NCBI GenBank assembly: GCA_016217925.1
Contig: JACRFK010000010.1
Coordinates: 4,784-68,783 of the forward strand
DNA: 64,000 nucleotides
Reading direction: 5' to 3'
DNA from: Candidatus Kaiserbacteria bacterium
GTDB taxonomy: Bacteria > Patescibacteriota > Minisyncoccia > Phycocordibacterales > UBA2100
The notes under the pieces are model-generated. The model was given only the letters and a program-made list of their open reading frames with translations, had not been told where the DNA came from and did not search any database. Shown here in pieces: positions 34,400 through 44,796 of the stretch (positions are counted from its first letter, which is position 1; every line of letters starts with the position of its first letter). A program made the position numbers and the translations under genes.

Positions 34400-37155
34400 T
34401 TACTATGCGATTCTGCTATTTCGGCATTTACGACCCTGAATTTTCGCGCAACAGGATTTATATGCGCGCTCTTCGCGATGCAGGGCACGAAATCATCGAA
34501 TGTAGGGACAACAGTCGAGGGTTGCTTAAGTACATCCGGCTGGTGCAGCGTCTCCGTGCCCTGAAAGGTTCGTACGACGTCATACTAGTCGGGTACCCCG
34601 GGCACATTGTAGTGCCTCTTGCGCGGCTCTTTGGCGCTGCTCCGGTTGTGTCCGATCTGCTAGGCTCTCTTTCGGACGCTGCGGAGCATACGTACGATGC
34701 CGGATTTTTTGTTCGGACGTGGTACTCATGGGTGGATCGACTTGCAGTTGCGTTCTCAGATGCCATCCTCGTCGACAGTGAACTTCAGAAGGAATATATG
34801 CAGCGTCGATATGGTAGTGGGAAGAAATATCGAGTTGTGTACACAGGGGCGGATGAAGAGGTATTCGGACCGCGTGGGGAGCGAGGTGTCACGCGCACTG
34901 AGCCATTTGTTGTGTTGTTCCGGGGCAGGCTTATTCCCCAAGCGGGCATCATGCACATACTGGACGCCGCAGAAGGTTTACAAAACGACAAACGTTTCGC
35001 ATTTCGGATCATTGGATACGGTCCATTGCTTGAGGCTGTACGTGAGCGGGCCGGCGGATTATCGAATGTAGAGCTTATCGCAGAGCACATTTCTTTTGAT
35101 GAGATGCGCCGTCTGATGCTTGATGCCGACGTGAGCCTCGGCCAATTTGGGGACAACGAGCGATCGGACCGCAACATACCGCACAAAGCATATGAGTCGA
35201 TCTCTATGGGTATTCCCTACCTTACAGCACGAGTGCCTGGGATATCCGAACTTCTTGAGGATGAGGTCTCGTGTCTTATGGTGCCGTTGGAGAACTCGGA
35301 AGCGATTAAAGCCGCTCTTGAGCGGCTTAGAGACGACCGCCCACTTGGAAAGCAGCTTGCAGAGATGGCGCGGGCGGTATACGAAGCGCATGCGTCGGCT
35401 CGTGTTATTGCTTCAGCGATTACGGCTGTCTCCGTCTCATGCGTCGAAGCAAAGAAAAAGCTGGCCAAACGAAGCTTAGAGTGGATCGGGAAGCGTGAGA
35501 TGGTGGTCGTACTTGTCCTGCTCGCGGCATTCGTAGCGATACGCCTCCCCGGGCTCTCTCTTCCATATCATCAGGACGAGGCAAAGATTGGAGAGATTGT
35601 GCGCTCGCATATGGTAGGCGCGCTTTCCGGGCACCCACCGCTAACAGAACTCTTGTACCTCTCTGCCGGCGATATAGTCGGCTCAGACCATTTGCGTCTC
35701 ATACCGCTTATATTTGGCGTTCTATCGGCCATTCTCTTGTATGCGATAGTCCGACGGAGGGCGGGATTGCATGCGGCCTACGCCTCTCTCGCGCTCTATA
35801 TCATCTGCATGTACGGTGTATTTGCCTCGCTGATGGTAGATACGGATGGGGCCGTGCTCCCGACACTTTTTCTCGCGGCAGTGTACGCATATGACCGTTT
35901 TCGTGATGCGGCATCCGCTCGTGTTTCGTATGTATGGCTGTCTGTTCTTGCGCTCGCGCTCATCGCCGGGTTTCTAACCAAGCTCAGTTTCGTGCTCGTC
36001 TTGGGAGCGCTCGCGCTCGATTACCTCTTCGAAGTGCGTCACAGGCTTACACGCAGGCTTCTCATCCGTGCAGTTTTCGCCGCTTTGGTTTGTGGGGTTG
36101 CGGCAGCTGTTGCACTCGCGAGCGCACACTTTTTTCTCCCTTCTTTTGACGTGAGCCAGACTATTCTGCACGCGCTCTCCTATGTGCGATTTGAAGGGCG
36201 CGGATATTTACAGATCCTGATACAAGCGGTGAAGGCGGTCTTCTACCTTTCTCCGCTCCTTCTCCTACCACTGGTGTTTCTCACGAAAGATACCTTCACA
36301 AAGAACAGGATATTTTTCGTCTACCTCGGCTTGGGCGCGTTCTTTTACTTTGTCCTATTTGATTTCTCTCAGGGAGCGCTCGATAAGTATTTGATGTATA
36401 CCATCGTGCCGCTCGCAGCTATCATGGGTACCATCTTCACCGATGCAATGCGCGGACTTACGGTGCGAGCTCTCGCGGCAGGATCTATTCTCGGAGCAAT
36501 GTGTGCGACATTGCTCGTCGCCCTCAACTTCCTCTCACCGAGTGTCATGCCGCTCTATCCGAAAACGGAATGGCTCTCTGCGATCGCAGCCGGGAATTGG
36601 AATATTCTCATGCCGTTCACGGGGGGCGACGGACCGATAGGATTTTATGTCTCGTTCCTCGTCATCGCCGCTGGATTCGGCATCTCCGCCGCTCTTGCTG
36701 CTCTCGCGCTTTTCGTACCGAAAGCGCGCGGTGCGCTTCTCGTCGCTCTTATTGTGGTCGGTGTAGCGTTCAACGGTATTTTCATCGAAGAGTATATTTG
36801 GGGCCGCATTAACGGCAGCGCACCCTCGGCCCTTCGGGCGAGTCTCGCGTACATTGCTAGTTCAGACGATGTGAAAAGTATTATTTCCCACGGGGAGATC
36901 GGAGCGTACGAGCTCAGAGGAATGGGCAAATTCAGCGGCAGATTTTATGCGGTCCCCGGTTACGAGGAAGGACACAAGGCGTTATTCTCGAAGTTTACCG
37001 GCGCATATCTGGTCGTGGGTGTGCCCCGCTTCAATGATGCAAGTTTTTACAGTAAGTTTTTCAGTACATGCACACCAATCTTCACGACTTCGTCCGGAGT
37101 CATCAACGCCTACGTATATGGCTGTGCAGGAAGCGATCCATACGCTATAAAGTAA
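34396..37155 (+). CDS. Fusion: GT4 domain + multi-TM GT-C (ArnT/PMT-like) domain
   Basis: N-terminal FRGRL..IPHKAYE; then TM followed by YHQDE, HPPL and many TM helices. Confidence 0.8.
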   Translation: MITMRFCYFGIYDPEFSRNRIYMRALRDAGHEIIECRDNSRGLLKYIRLVQRLRALKGSYDVILVGYPGHIVVPLARLFGAAPVVSDLLGSLSDAAEHTYDAGFFVRTWYSWVDRLAVAFSDAILVDSELQKEYMQRRYGSGKKYRVVYTGADEEVFGPRGERGVTRTEPFVVLFRGRLIPQAGIMHILDAAEGLQNDKRFAFRIIGYGPLLEAVRERAGGLSNVELIAEHISFDEMRRLMLDADVSLGQFGDNERSDRNIPHKAYESISMGIPYLTARVPGISELLEDEVSCLMVPLENSEAIKAALERLRDDRPLGKQLAEMARAVYEAHASARVIASAITAVSVSCVEAKKKLAKRSLEWIGKREMVVVLVLLAAFVAIRLPGLSLPYHQDEAKIGEIVRSHMVGALSGHPPLTELLYLSAGDIVGSDHLRLIPLIFGVLSAILLYAIVRRRAGLHAAYASLALYIICMYGVFASLMVDTDGAVLPTLFLAAVYAYDRFRDAASARVSYVWLSVLALALIAGFLTKLSFVLVLGALALDYLFEVRHRLTRRLLIRAVFAALVCGVAAAVALASAHFFLPSFDVSQTILHALSYVRFEGRGYLQILIQAVKAVFYLSPLLLLPLVFLTKDTFTKNRIFFVYLGLGAFFYFVLFDFSQGALDKYLMYTIVPLAAIMGTIFTDAMRGLTVRALAAGSILGAMCATLLVALNFLSPSVMPLYPKTEWLSAIAAGNWNILMPFTGGDGPIGFYVSFLVIAAGFGISAALAALALFVPKARGALLVALIVVGVAFNGIFIEEYIWGRINGSAPSALRASLAYIASSDDVKSIISHGEIGAYELRGMGKFSGRFYAVPGYEEGHKALFSKFTGAYLVVGVPRFNDASFYSKFFSTCTPIFTTSSGVINAYVYGCAGSDPYAIK

Positions 37156-37158
37156 CCT

Positions 37159-38574
37159 ATGCACCTCAGTAAGACCGCGCGAGAGTATTTCGATGCACAG
37201 GCGGACGAGCGTCTCAAGTGGCGGCGCAAGAATCCGTATTACCATGACTCGCTCGAATCCTTCGTCGGGTTCCTTGTCCCGCGCGGCAGTTCGGTGCTCC
37301 ACGTCGGAGCCGACTCGGCGTCGCTCCTCAATCTGTTGGCCCCGGCCCGTGGGCTGGGTATCCACGCGAGCGCCCGCATCATAGGTGAGGTCAACAAGCA
37401 GGGGATTTTGCCGGGGCTCCAATTCAAACAGACGGAGCTCTCGCAAGTCAAAGGTGTGTTCGAATATGTTGTTATTTCAGACTTGCTCGGACACGTCGAT
37501 GATATTGAGATGCTTTTTCGGGAAGCGACAAGGCTCATCTCGTGGCGCGGCCGCATAGTGGTGACACAGCACAGCGCATTGTGGGGGCCGGTACTGCGCC
37601 TCGCTTCAGCGCTCGGACTTCGGGTGCCATATCGCTTGGAAAATTGGGTCTCACGCACTGACCTTGAGAATTTCGCGCACCTCGCGGGGCTGGAGGCGGT
37701 GCGGAGCGGCACGCGGATGCTCATTCCGAAACGCGTCCCATTCATAAGCACGTTCTTCAACGCCTACCTTGCGAATATTTTTCCGTTCACACGGCTCGGC
37801 TTGTATCACTACGTCGTCTTGCGCAAGCAGGACTCCCGCTCACCGATTCCCAACCCCTCGCTTTCCATTGTTGTCCCGGCACGTAACGAGGCCGGTATGA
37901 TAGAGCGCATTGTAAAAGAGTTGCCAACGCTCGGAGAGTTCACCGAGCTAATCCTTGTCGAAGGACATTCCAAGGATAATACGTGGCAAGAAATCCAACG
38001 TGTCGCAAAAGAGTACGGCGCGAAGAAGAAAATACTCATCGCACAGCAGGAGGGCAAAGGCAAGGGTGATGCGGTACGCAAAGGATTCGACATGGCGACT
38101 GGGGATATCCTTACTATATACGATGCGGATATGACCGTGCCTGCTCCGGACGTGGAAAAATTCTATCGGGCCCTTGTCGAAGGAAGGGGGGATTTCATCA
38201 ATGGCTCGCGGCTTGTGTACCCCCTTGAGAAACAATCTATGCAATTTCTTAACTTTCTTGCCAATAAGTTTTTTGGGCTCGCTTTCAGCTGGCTTTTGAG
38301 CTCGAAGTTGAAAGACACGCTCTGCGGCACGAAGATGCTGTGGCGCGAGGACTACAAAGAAATACAGGCGGGCCGCTCGTTTTTCGGCGACTTCGATCCC
38401 TTCGGCGACTTCGACCTACTCTTCGGAGCCGCCAAGCTCAACAGAAAGATCATTGATATGCCGGTCCATTACGGAGAGCGTACCTATGGGACGACGAATA
38501 TAGAGCGGTGGAGTCACGGATGGTTGCTTCTGAAAATGACCGTTTTTGCCCTGCGTAAGATAAAATTTGTGTGA
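37159..38574 (+). CDS. Methyltransferase-like domain + GT2 (DPM-synthase-like) fusion
   Basis: SVLHVG region, then IVVPARNE, VEGHSKD, YDAD, DTLCGTK. Confidence 0.85.
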   Translation: MHLSKTAREYFDAQADERLKWRRKNPYYHDSLESFVGFLVPRGSSVLHVGADSASLLNLLAPARGLGIHASARIIGEVNKQGILPGLQFKQTELSQVKGVFEYVVISDLLGHVDDIEMLFREATRLISWRGRIVVTQHSALWGPVLRLASALGLRVPYRLENWVSRTDLENFAHLAGLEAVRSGTRMLIPKRVPFISTFFNAYLANIFPFTRLGLYHYVVLRKQDSRSPIPNPSLSIVVPARNEAGMIERIVKELPTLGEFTELILVEGHSKDNTWQEIQRVAKEYGAKKKILIAQQEGKGKGDAVRKGFDMATGDILTIYDADMTVPAPDVEKFYRALVEGRGDFINGSRLVYPLEKQSMQFLNFLANKFFGLAFSWLLSSKLKDTLCGTKMLWREDYKEIQAGRSFFGDFDPFGDFDLLFGAAKLNRKIIDMPVHYGERTYGTTNIERWSHGWLLLKMTVFALRKIKFV

Positions 38575-39239
38575 CTTTTTCGGAAGACTACTTTGACGCA
38601 ATTGCCGCCCAGTATGATTACTGGAAAAAAAAGAATGCCTATTACCACGAGAATCTGAAACTATTGTACGGGCAATTCATCCCGAAAGGGGCGCGAGTTC
38701 TCGAAATCGGCTGTGGCACGGGGGACATCTTGGCACGCCTTGAGCCGAAAGAGGGAAGGGGGGTCGACGTGAGCGAAGAGATGGTGGAAATCGCACGGCG
38801 CAAATATGCGGGCAAATCGAATCTTCAGTTCGAGCGCGAAGATATTTTTGAAAGCACGAAAATGTTCGGATATCCGTACATTTTTCTTGCCGACGTGCTG
38901 GAGCATGTGGGCGGTCTCGAGAAATTTGTGCGACAACTTGCCGCCCGCACGGACTCGGGTAGTACGGTCGTTATCTCCGTCGCCAACCCGCTTTGGGAAC
39001 CGGTACTCATGCTCGCTGAGAAGCTCCATATGAAAATGCCCGAAGGCCCACACACACGCGATCCAATACAAGAAACGGAACGCATCTTCCGTGCATCCGG
39101 TTTTACCATCGTTGAACGCGGGTATCGGCTCCTCATTCCTAAGAAGATCCCTGGTGCCGATTGGCTTAATGCCCGATTCCATCACTTTCGGTTCTTTGCT
39201 CCGCTCGGTTTCGTTATTTTTTGGGTGCTCCGCCGATAG
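38571..39239 (+). CDS. Class I SAM-dependent methyltransferase
   Basis: VLEIGCGTG, GVDVS, DVLEH. Confidence 0.88.
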   Translation: MTFSEDYFDAIAAQYDYWKKKNAYYHENLKLLYGQFIPKGARVLEIGCGTGDILARLEPKEGRGVDVSEEMVEIARRKYAGKSNLQFEREDIFESTKMFGYPYIFLADVLEHVGGLEKFVRQLAARTDSGSTVVISVANPLWEPVLMLAEKLHMKMPEGPHTRDPIQETERIFRASGFTIVERGYRLLIPKKIPGADWLNARFHHFRFFAPLGFVIFWVLRR

Positions 39240-39699
39240 AAGGCATTACACCCTCGTGAGTATCGTGGAACACCAGGTGTTTGTAGCTGAAGTAGTTCAT
39301 CATGGCGATGAAGACACCGCTTATGAGCTGTGCCCCCAAGTAGTGAAGTCCCCCGTATTCAACAAGCACAAAGATAAGCGTTGTATTGATCCCAAGCCCG
39401 ACAAACACAATGGTCAAAAAGGTGAGTGCCTGCGCATACACATGATCTCTGGATACATCCTTAAACGTCCAGAGCTTTTGCATCGAAAAACTTACCCAAA
39501 AGGCGAGCATGAATGCAATTATCGATGAGAATACGTACCAGACGCTGAAGAAGTGAGTAAGGGAAAAGAGGGTTCCAAGGTTTACCAAAGTCGCAATACC
39601 ACCGGAGATACAGAATCGGATGATGCGCATCGGCGAAGGATACAGGGCGTTGGCGCGAGCGCGGACCTCTTTGATCAGGAGCAAGAGGTTCGCAATCAT
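39214..39699 (-). CDS. GtrA family protein
   Basis: RFCISG, QKLWTF, NYFSYKHLVF; 4 TM. Confidence 0.88.
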   Translation of the reverse strand: MIANLLLLIKEVRARANALYPSPMRIIRFCISGGIATLVNLGTLFSLTHFFSVWYVFSSIIAFMLAFWVSFSMQKLWTFKDVSRDHVYAQALTFLTIVFVGLGINTTLIFVLVEYGGLHYLGAQLISGVFIAMMNYFSYKHLVFHDTHEGVMPSIGGAPKK

Positions 39700-39788
39700 A
39701 CGTAGGCGGAGTGTAGCATAGGACCTTGTTCTAGTTCGTTATTTCGCGGGATGATATAGTGTACCTCTAAACATTCTTACAGCACACC

Positions 39789-40766
39789 ATGTCTGATTTT
39801 TATACAGGAAAAAAGGTGCTCGTGACCGGCGGGGCTGGTTTTATCGGCAGCCACGTTGTAGAAATGCTCGTGGAGCGTGGGGCGCATGTCACCGTGCCGG
39901 TACGTTCAACGACCAAGACAGATTTTCTGGACAGCGTTCGTGACCGTATATCCATCGTCGAAGCGGACCTACGCGATCGGCCTCGTGTCGATGCGCTCAT
40001 GCAAGGTCAAGAGATCGTCATGAATCTTGCCGCCGCCAAGGGCGGGGGCATAGCACATAGTATGAAGCATCACGGGAGCCTCTTCCGCGACAACATGCAA
40101 CCCTATCTGCAAGTGCTCGATGCTGCGCGCGAGGCAGAGGTCGAGCGATTCTTGGTGGTGAGCTCGGCCTGCGTGTATTCACGTGAGGCGAGCAACCACG
40201 CGCTCGAGTCGGAAGGATTTTTGGGCGTGCCGGAAGCGGCCAATGCCGGATATGGCTGGTCCAAGCGTATGGAGGAATACGTGGGCCAAGCGTACGCAGC
40301 GGAGTTCGGTATGAAGGTCGCTATCGCGCGCATGTACAACGGATATGGTCCGCGAGACGATTTTTTCGCAGAATATAACCACGTCATCCCCGGACTCATT
40401 AAGAGGATATTCGAAGGTGAAAATCCGCTCGTCGTCTGGGGAACCGGCACGCAGACGCGCTCCTTCATATACGTCACCGACTTCGCCCGCGGTATCCTCC
40501 AGGTCTGCGAGAAATACGCCGTTGCTGACCCACTCAATATCGGGAGTGACGAAGAGATTTCCATTGGTGACTTGGCGCACCTTCTCATTGAGCTTTCGGG
40601 TAAGGAAGTGAAAGTCGAATTTGATACGACAAAGCCGGACGGGCCATTGCGCCGAAGCGCCGACACCAGCAGAGCTTTTGAGAAAATCGGTTTCCGCACC
40701 GAGGTGCCTCTGCGCGAAGGTCTGAAGAAAAGCATAGAATGGTATCAAGCAAACAAACCACAATGA
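39789..40766 (+). CDS. NAD-dependent epimerase (GDP-mannose 3,5-epimerase / fucose-synthase-like)
   Basis: GGAGFIG, NLAAAKGGG, SSACVY, YGWSK, WGTGTQTRSF. Confidence 0.85.
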   Translation: MSDFYTGKKVLVTGGAGFIGSHVVEMLVERGAHVTVPVRSTTKTDFLDSVRDRISIVEADLRDRPRVDALMQGQEIVMNLAAAKGGGIAHSMKHHGSLFRDNMQPYLQVLDAAREAEVERFLVVSSACVYSREASNHALESEGFLGVPEAANAGYGWSKRMEEYVGQAYAAEFGMKVAIARMYNGYGPRDDFFAEYNHVIPGLIKRIFEGENPLVVWGTGTQTRSFIYVTDFARGILQVCEKYAVADPLNIGSDEEISIGDLAHLLIELSGKEVKVEFDTTKPDGPLRRSADTSRAFEKIGFRTEVPLREGLKKSIEWYQANKPQ

Positions 40767-41428
40767 CCGTCACTCTTATCGCAGCGACACTCAATGAGCT
40801 TGAAGCCGCGAAGGTTGTCTTGCCGCGCATTGGCCGGAAGTATGTGGATGAGATCATCATCGTCGACGGCGGCTCGACCGACGGTACAGTCGAATTCTGC
40901 AAGAGCCAGGGATACACGGTTTTCCAACAGATTGAGCCCGGGTATGGCTCTGCTATGAAGGAGGCGATCGCGCGGGCGAGCGGGGATATCATTATCGAAT
41001 TTCCACCCGATGGAAATTCTATGCCCGAAAAAATCCCCGATGTCATAAGGAAATTGCAGGAAGGCTACGACTTCGTCATAGCGTCGCGCTATGCGCCGGG
41101 TGCGCGGAGCGACGACGACGACTTTCTCACGGCGATAGGGAATTGGGGGTTTACATTCGCGACGAATCTTCTCTTTTGGAGTTCGTATACTGACGTTCTC
41201 GTAGGTTTTCGCGGCTATCGCAAGAGTGCATATGAGAAGCTTGATATGACAGCCACAAGTCTCGATTGGTCAATGCAAATGCCCATACAATTCAGGAAAA
41301 AGAGATTGCGGGTAGCTGATATTCCCGCAATTGAGCCGAAGCGGATCGGCGGTGTGAGAAAGATGCGCCCATTCAGAACGGGCTGGCGGATTCTCAAGAT
41401 ACTCATTAGAGAGCGTTGTAGTCTATAA
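40763..41428 (+). CDS. Glycosyltransferase family 2
   Basis: TLNE, VDGGSTDGT, GYG, IASRY. Confidence 0.88.
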   Translation: MTVTLIAATLNELEAAKVVLPRIGRKYVDEIIIVDGGSTDGTVEFCKSQGYTVFQQIEPGYGSAMKEAIARASGDIIIEFPPDGNSMPEKIPDVIRKLQEGYDFVIASRYAPGARSDDDDFLTAIGNWGFTFATNLLFWSSYTDVLVGFRGYRKSAYEKLDMTATSLDWSMQMPIQFRKKRLRVADIPAIEPKRIGGVRKMRPFRTGWRILKILIRERCSL

Positions 41429-41432
41429 ATGT

Positions 41433-42695
41433 ATGTACAAGAATATTTCGCGATGCCGCATCTGTGGCAATGAGCAACTGAAAGAGGTACTCAATCTCGG
41501 TGAGCAATATCTTTCGTCTTCATTCGTAAAGAATAACGACGATGTTGATGAGGTCTCCAAGACACGCGTACCGCTCACCCTGCTTCTCTGCGACATCTGC
41601 GGCCTGGTCCAACTCCGCGAGACAGTAGACCGCGACTTGATGTATCGTAGCTATTTCTATCGCTCCGGAGTGAATCCCATGATGCGCGACGCGCTCGCCG
41701 ATGTAACGCGGGACATTAAAGCGCATGCAAATTTGAAAGAAGGTGACTCAGTACTTGATATCGGTTGCAACGACGGCACGATGCTTACGTACTTCCCGAT
41801 AACCATGCGTCGCATCGGTATGGACCCCGCGCAGAATATCAATAGGAGTTCTCTCGACCCTTCGATTACTGTCATTCAAGACTATTTTTCCGCCGATAAG
41901 GCTAGAGCGGCAAACGGTGGCGAATTCTTCAAGGTGGTATCTTCCATCGCGATGTTTTATGATCTCGACGACCCGAACGCATTCGTATCCGAAGTAAAAT
42001 CGGTGCTCGCTCAGGGCGGCACGTGGTGTGTGCAACTGAGCTACCTAGCGACGACGATACAGACGATGAATTTTTATGACATCTGCCATGAACATTTGCT
42101 CTACTACTCTTTGAGGACACTCAAATTTCTCATGGAGCGTCACGATCTCAAGATAATTGACGCCTCGCAAAATGATGTGAACGGTGGCAGCTTGCGATTC
42201 TTTGCGGTGCACGCCGATGACCCTCGCGATGTGTCGCCGGGTATGCGCGAAATAGAGCAAGCCGAGCAGGTACTGCGCCTTTCAGAAAAAGCGACGTACG
42301 AGCAGTTTGCTGCATCAATCGAGCAGCTGAAACGCACCACCCTCGATTTTCTAGAGGCAGAGAAAAAAGCCGGAGGAACCGTCGTCGGGCTTGGGGCCTC
42401 GACCAAAGGCAATGTACTCTTGCAGTACTTCGGTATCACGAAGGAAATGTTGCCTGCGATCTCTGACCGATACGCCGAGAAGGTGGGCTTGCGTACACTC
42501 GGCACCGATATCCGCGTCGTCTCGGAAGAGGAAGCGCGCGATATGAAGCCGTCGGCCATGCTCGTCCTCATCTGGTTCTTCAAAGACGAATTGTTGAAAC
42601 GTGAGAAGCAGTATCTGGAAGACGGAGGAAAATTATTCTTCCCGATGCCGTACCCGCATGTGGTAACAAAGGAGGGAGAAAAGCGGTTGAGCTAG
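41433..42695 (+). CDS. NDP-hexose C-methyltransferase (Zn-binding)
   Basis: CRIC/CDIC Zn motifs, DIGCNDG, YDICHEHLLYY, GASTKGNVLLQ. Confidence 0.88.
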   Translation: MYKNISRCRICGNEQLKEVLNLGEQYLSSSFVKNNDDVDEVSKTRVPLTLLLCDICGLVQLRETVDRDLMYRSYFYRSGVNPMMRDALADVTRDIKAHANLKEGDSVLDIGCNDGTMLTYFPITMRRIGMDPAQNINRSSLDPSITVIQDYFSADKARAANGGEFFKVVSSIAMFYDLDDPNAFVSEVKSVLAQGGTWCVQLSYLATTIQTMNFYDICHEHLLYYSLRTLKFLMERHDLKIIDASQNDVNGGSLRFFAVHADDPRDVSPGMREIEQAEQVLRLSEKATYEQFAASIEQLKRTTLDFLEAEKKAGGTVVGLGASTKGNVLLQYFGITKEMLPAISDRYAEKVGLRTLGTDIRVVSEEEARDMKPSAMLVLIWFFKDELLKREKQYLEDGGKLFFPMPYPHVVTKEGEKRLS

Positions 42696-42700
42696 GGCTA

Positions 42701-43459
42701 TTACTTCCGGAGGACCCACCAGTGAGGGAGCGATAGATTTTCGTCCTTCTTGTAGCCGGAACGTTTGATGAGTAGCTCTTCCGCTATCATTTTGATGTGC
42801 GGCAGGGACTGCTGCTCTTTTGTGTAGTCCGAGAAGTTGTACATCGTGCGATAAAAATACCACTGGCTCAAGCTACGCATCATATTTGCTTTGAGGAACG
42901 AAAGGCTCCATGGAATGTCGTCGAGCAAGAGGTAGCCGCCTGGCTTCAAGAGTTTGTCCGCGAGCATCATCGCGGGTAGGTCTATGTAAAAGGTATGATG
43001 ACCATCCACGTAAATAACGTCGAATTGTTCGCCCTTTTGGAGCATCTCAAAAAGAGTCCATGAATACGTGCCAGTGGAGTTCATCGCGAAGGAAATGTTT
43101 TTTGTATCGAAGCCCTTTATCGCCAATTCTTCTTCGTGGCTCTCGCAGACGCTCTTGAAATCGCACCCAACGTACGAAATAGAATGTTCGTTGATGAGTT
43201 TCAGCCTCTCGAAATGTGGGAATTCACCGATGCCGACTTCCAAGAATTTCCCACCTGGTATACGCTCCAGAAGTTTTCTGATACTTCTCTCCTTGCTCAC
43301 CCTCGGATCTTCTTCCGTGTCTTTCTCTGCGTGTGTAAAACCGAGATTTCGAAGTTTAAATAGGAGCCACAGCGGAAAATAGAGAAGATGAAGAAGCTTT
43401 TTGCTTCCACGTACTTTCAAAAGTCTAAGGAATTTTATTGTCTCCATATGCTTCGTCAT
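42701..43459 (-). CDS. Class I SAM-dependent methyltransferase
   Basis: FLEVGIG, FDVIYVDGHH, LKPGGYLLLDD. Confidence 0.8.
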   Translation of the reverse strand: MTKHMETIKFLRLLKVRGSKKLLHLLYFPLWLLFKLRNLGFTHAEKDTEEDPRVSKERSIRKLLERIPGGKFLEVGIGEFPHFERLKLINEHSISYVGCDFKSVCESHEEELAIKGFDTKNISFAMNSTGTYSWTLFEMLQKGEQFDVIYVDGHHTFYIDLPAMMLADKLLKPGGYLLLDDIPWSLSFLKANMMRSLSQWYFYRTMYNFSDYTKEQQSLPHIKMIAEELLIKRSGYKKDENLSLPHWWVLRK

Positions 43460-44727
43460 ACGGTTGCTCCCTCATGCTTTGCCTGCCAAAAGAGATATCC
43501 AAAGACTACGAACGTAATGGCTTGAGAAGTGATGGTCGCCCATATGGCTCCCCAGATGCCAAAGGGTGGCAGGAGGAGAATAAACAACGCAATTCTTACG
43601 ATGGGCAATATTGCTTGCGAGATGTAGAGCTCCTTTTTTTTCATGTGTGCCACTAAGGCACTGCTCAATATCGAAACGGGAGTAAGTACAAGGGAGAGGG
43701 CTAGTATTTGGGTATAGACGATTGCCCCGACGTACGCTGGGAACAAGAGCTTAAAAAGGAGAGGGGCAAAGAGAATGTAGCAGACGACAATGGCAAGCAT
43801 CACGCCCACGAGAAACACTACTTTTCTCGGAAGAGATTTTTGCAGCTCCGAAAAATTGCGCTCGCTTAACTTGGGGAAGGCGAGCTTCACAGGAATATCA
43901 ACGAGTAATTTGAGTTGCGCGACTGGCGTCTGGGCGAAGGCGTAGAGGGCAAGCGGTGCTGCACCCAAATAATGGAAGACGAGAACCTTGTCGATATTTT
44001 CTCCGACTTTTCCTAAGATTCCCATAAAGCTGATGTGTTTGACGAAGGGAATCGTCTCCGGGTCTACGGAATTATTCGGGTGGTATTTCTGTACAGTGAA
44101 GTAATGAAGTATAAGATTTATTGCGATACCGGAGACGAAATACACGAGTATAAGGTGTACCGGATTTTGGGTGAGGAAGAGGGCGGCGATTAAGATAAGT
44201 GCAGGAACGAAATCAGCGATACTGTCAAATATGGACTGTGTCTTGAAATCTTTTTTCCCTGAAATGAATTGGCTGAAGAAGGAGGAGCTCGTAAGGAGTG
44301 TGTTGCACGCTGCGACAAGAAGGAAGGAAATTGCGAGTGTATTGTTGTGATTAACGAAATAATACAACGCGACCGCCAAAGAGATGCCCGTCATACCCAC
44401 CCCCCATTTCATGTACGCGGAGATGCCTGAGCGGAGTGCGCCCTCGTACCCTCGAGCAACAGCCTGTGTAATGCCAGTTGACATACCCGTGAGAGCGAAA
44501 GCGCCGATGACGCCGGCTCCTGCGAGTACGAACTTATAAGTACCGAATACCTCAGGCGGAATGAGATTTGCCAGCGCGGCTGCGAGAAGAAGCGAGGAGA
44601 ACATCCCTACACCTTTTGCGAGCGTAAGCCAAAATCCTCCCTGCACCATATAGAGCATATCGGTCTTGGTATACATCTCGCTCCATCGCAAGAGTGCAAG
44701 AAATGTATCCTTTGATCGCCTTAACAT
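43456..44727 (-). CDS. Oligosaccharide flippase (Wzx/MOP family)
   Basis: Multi-TM; EVFGTY, IDKVLV, LPPFGIWGAIWAT. Confidence 0.85.
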   Translation of the reverse strand: MLRRSKDTFLALLRWSEMYTKTDMLYMVQGGFWLTLAKGVGMFSSLLLAAALANLIPPEVFGTYKFVLAGAGVIGAFALTGMSTGITQAVARGYEGALRSGISAYMKWGVGMTGISLAVALYYFVNHNNTLAISFLLVAACNTLLTSSSFFSQFISGKKDFKTQSIFDSIADFVPALILIAALFLTQNPVHLILVYFVSGIAINLILHYFTVQKYHPNNSVDPETIPFVKHISFMGILGKVGENIDKVLVFHYLGAAPLALYAFAQTPVAQLKLLVDIPVKLAFPKLSERNFSELQKSLPRKVVFLVGVMLAIVVCYILFAPLLFKLLFPAYVGAIVYTQILALSLVLTPVSILSSALVAHMKKKELYISQAILPIVRIALFILLLPPFGIWGAIWATITSQAITFVVFGYLFWQAKHEGATV

Positions 44728-44796
44728 GTCTGGATATGCTACAGCGAAAGCGCTCTGCGTGCCAGTAATACCGCATGATGATACAATCCGGCACGT

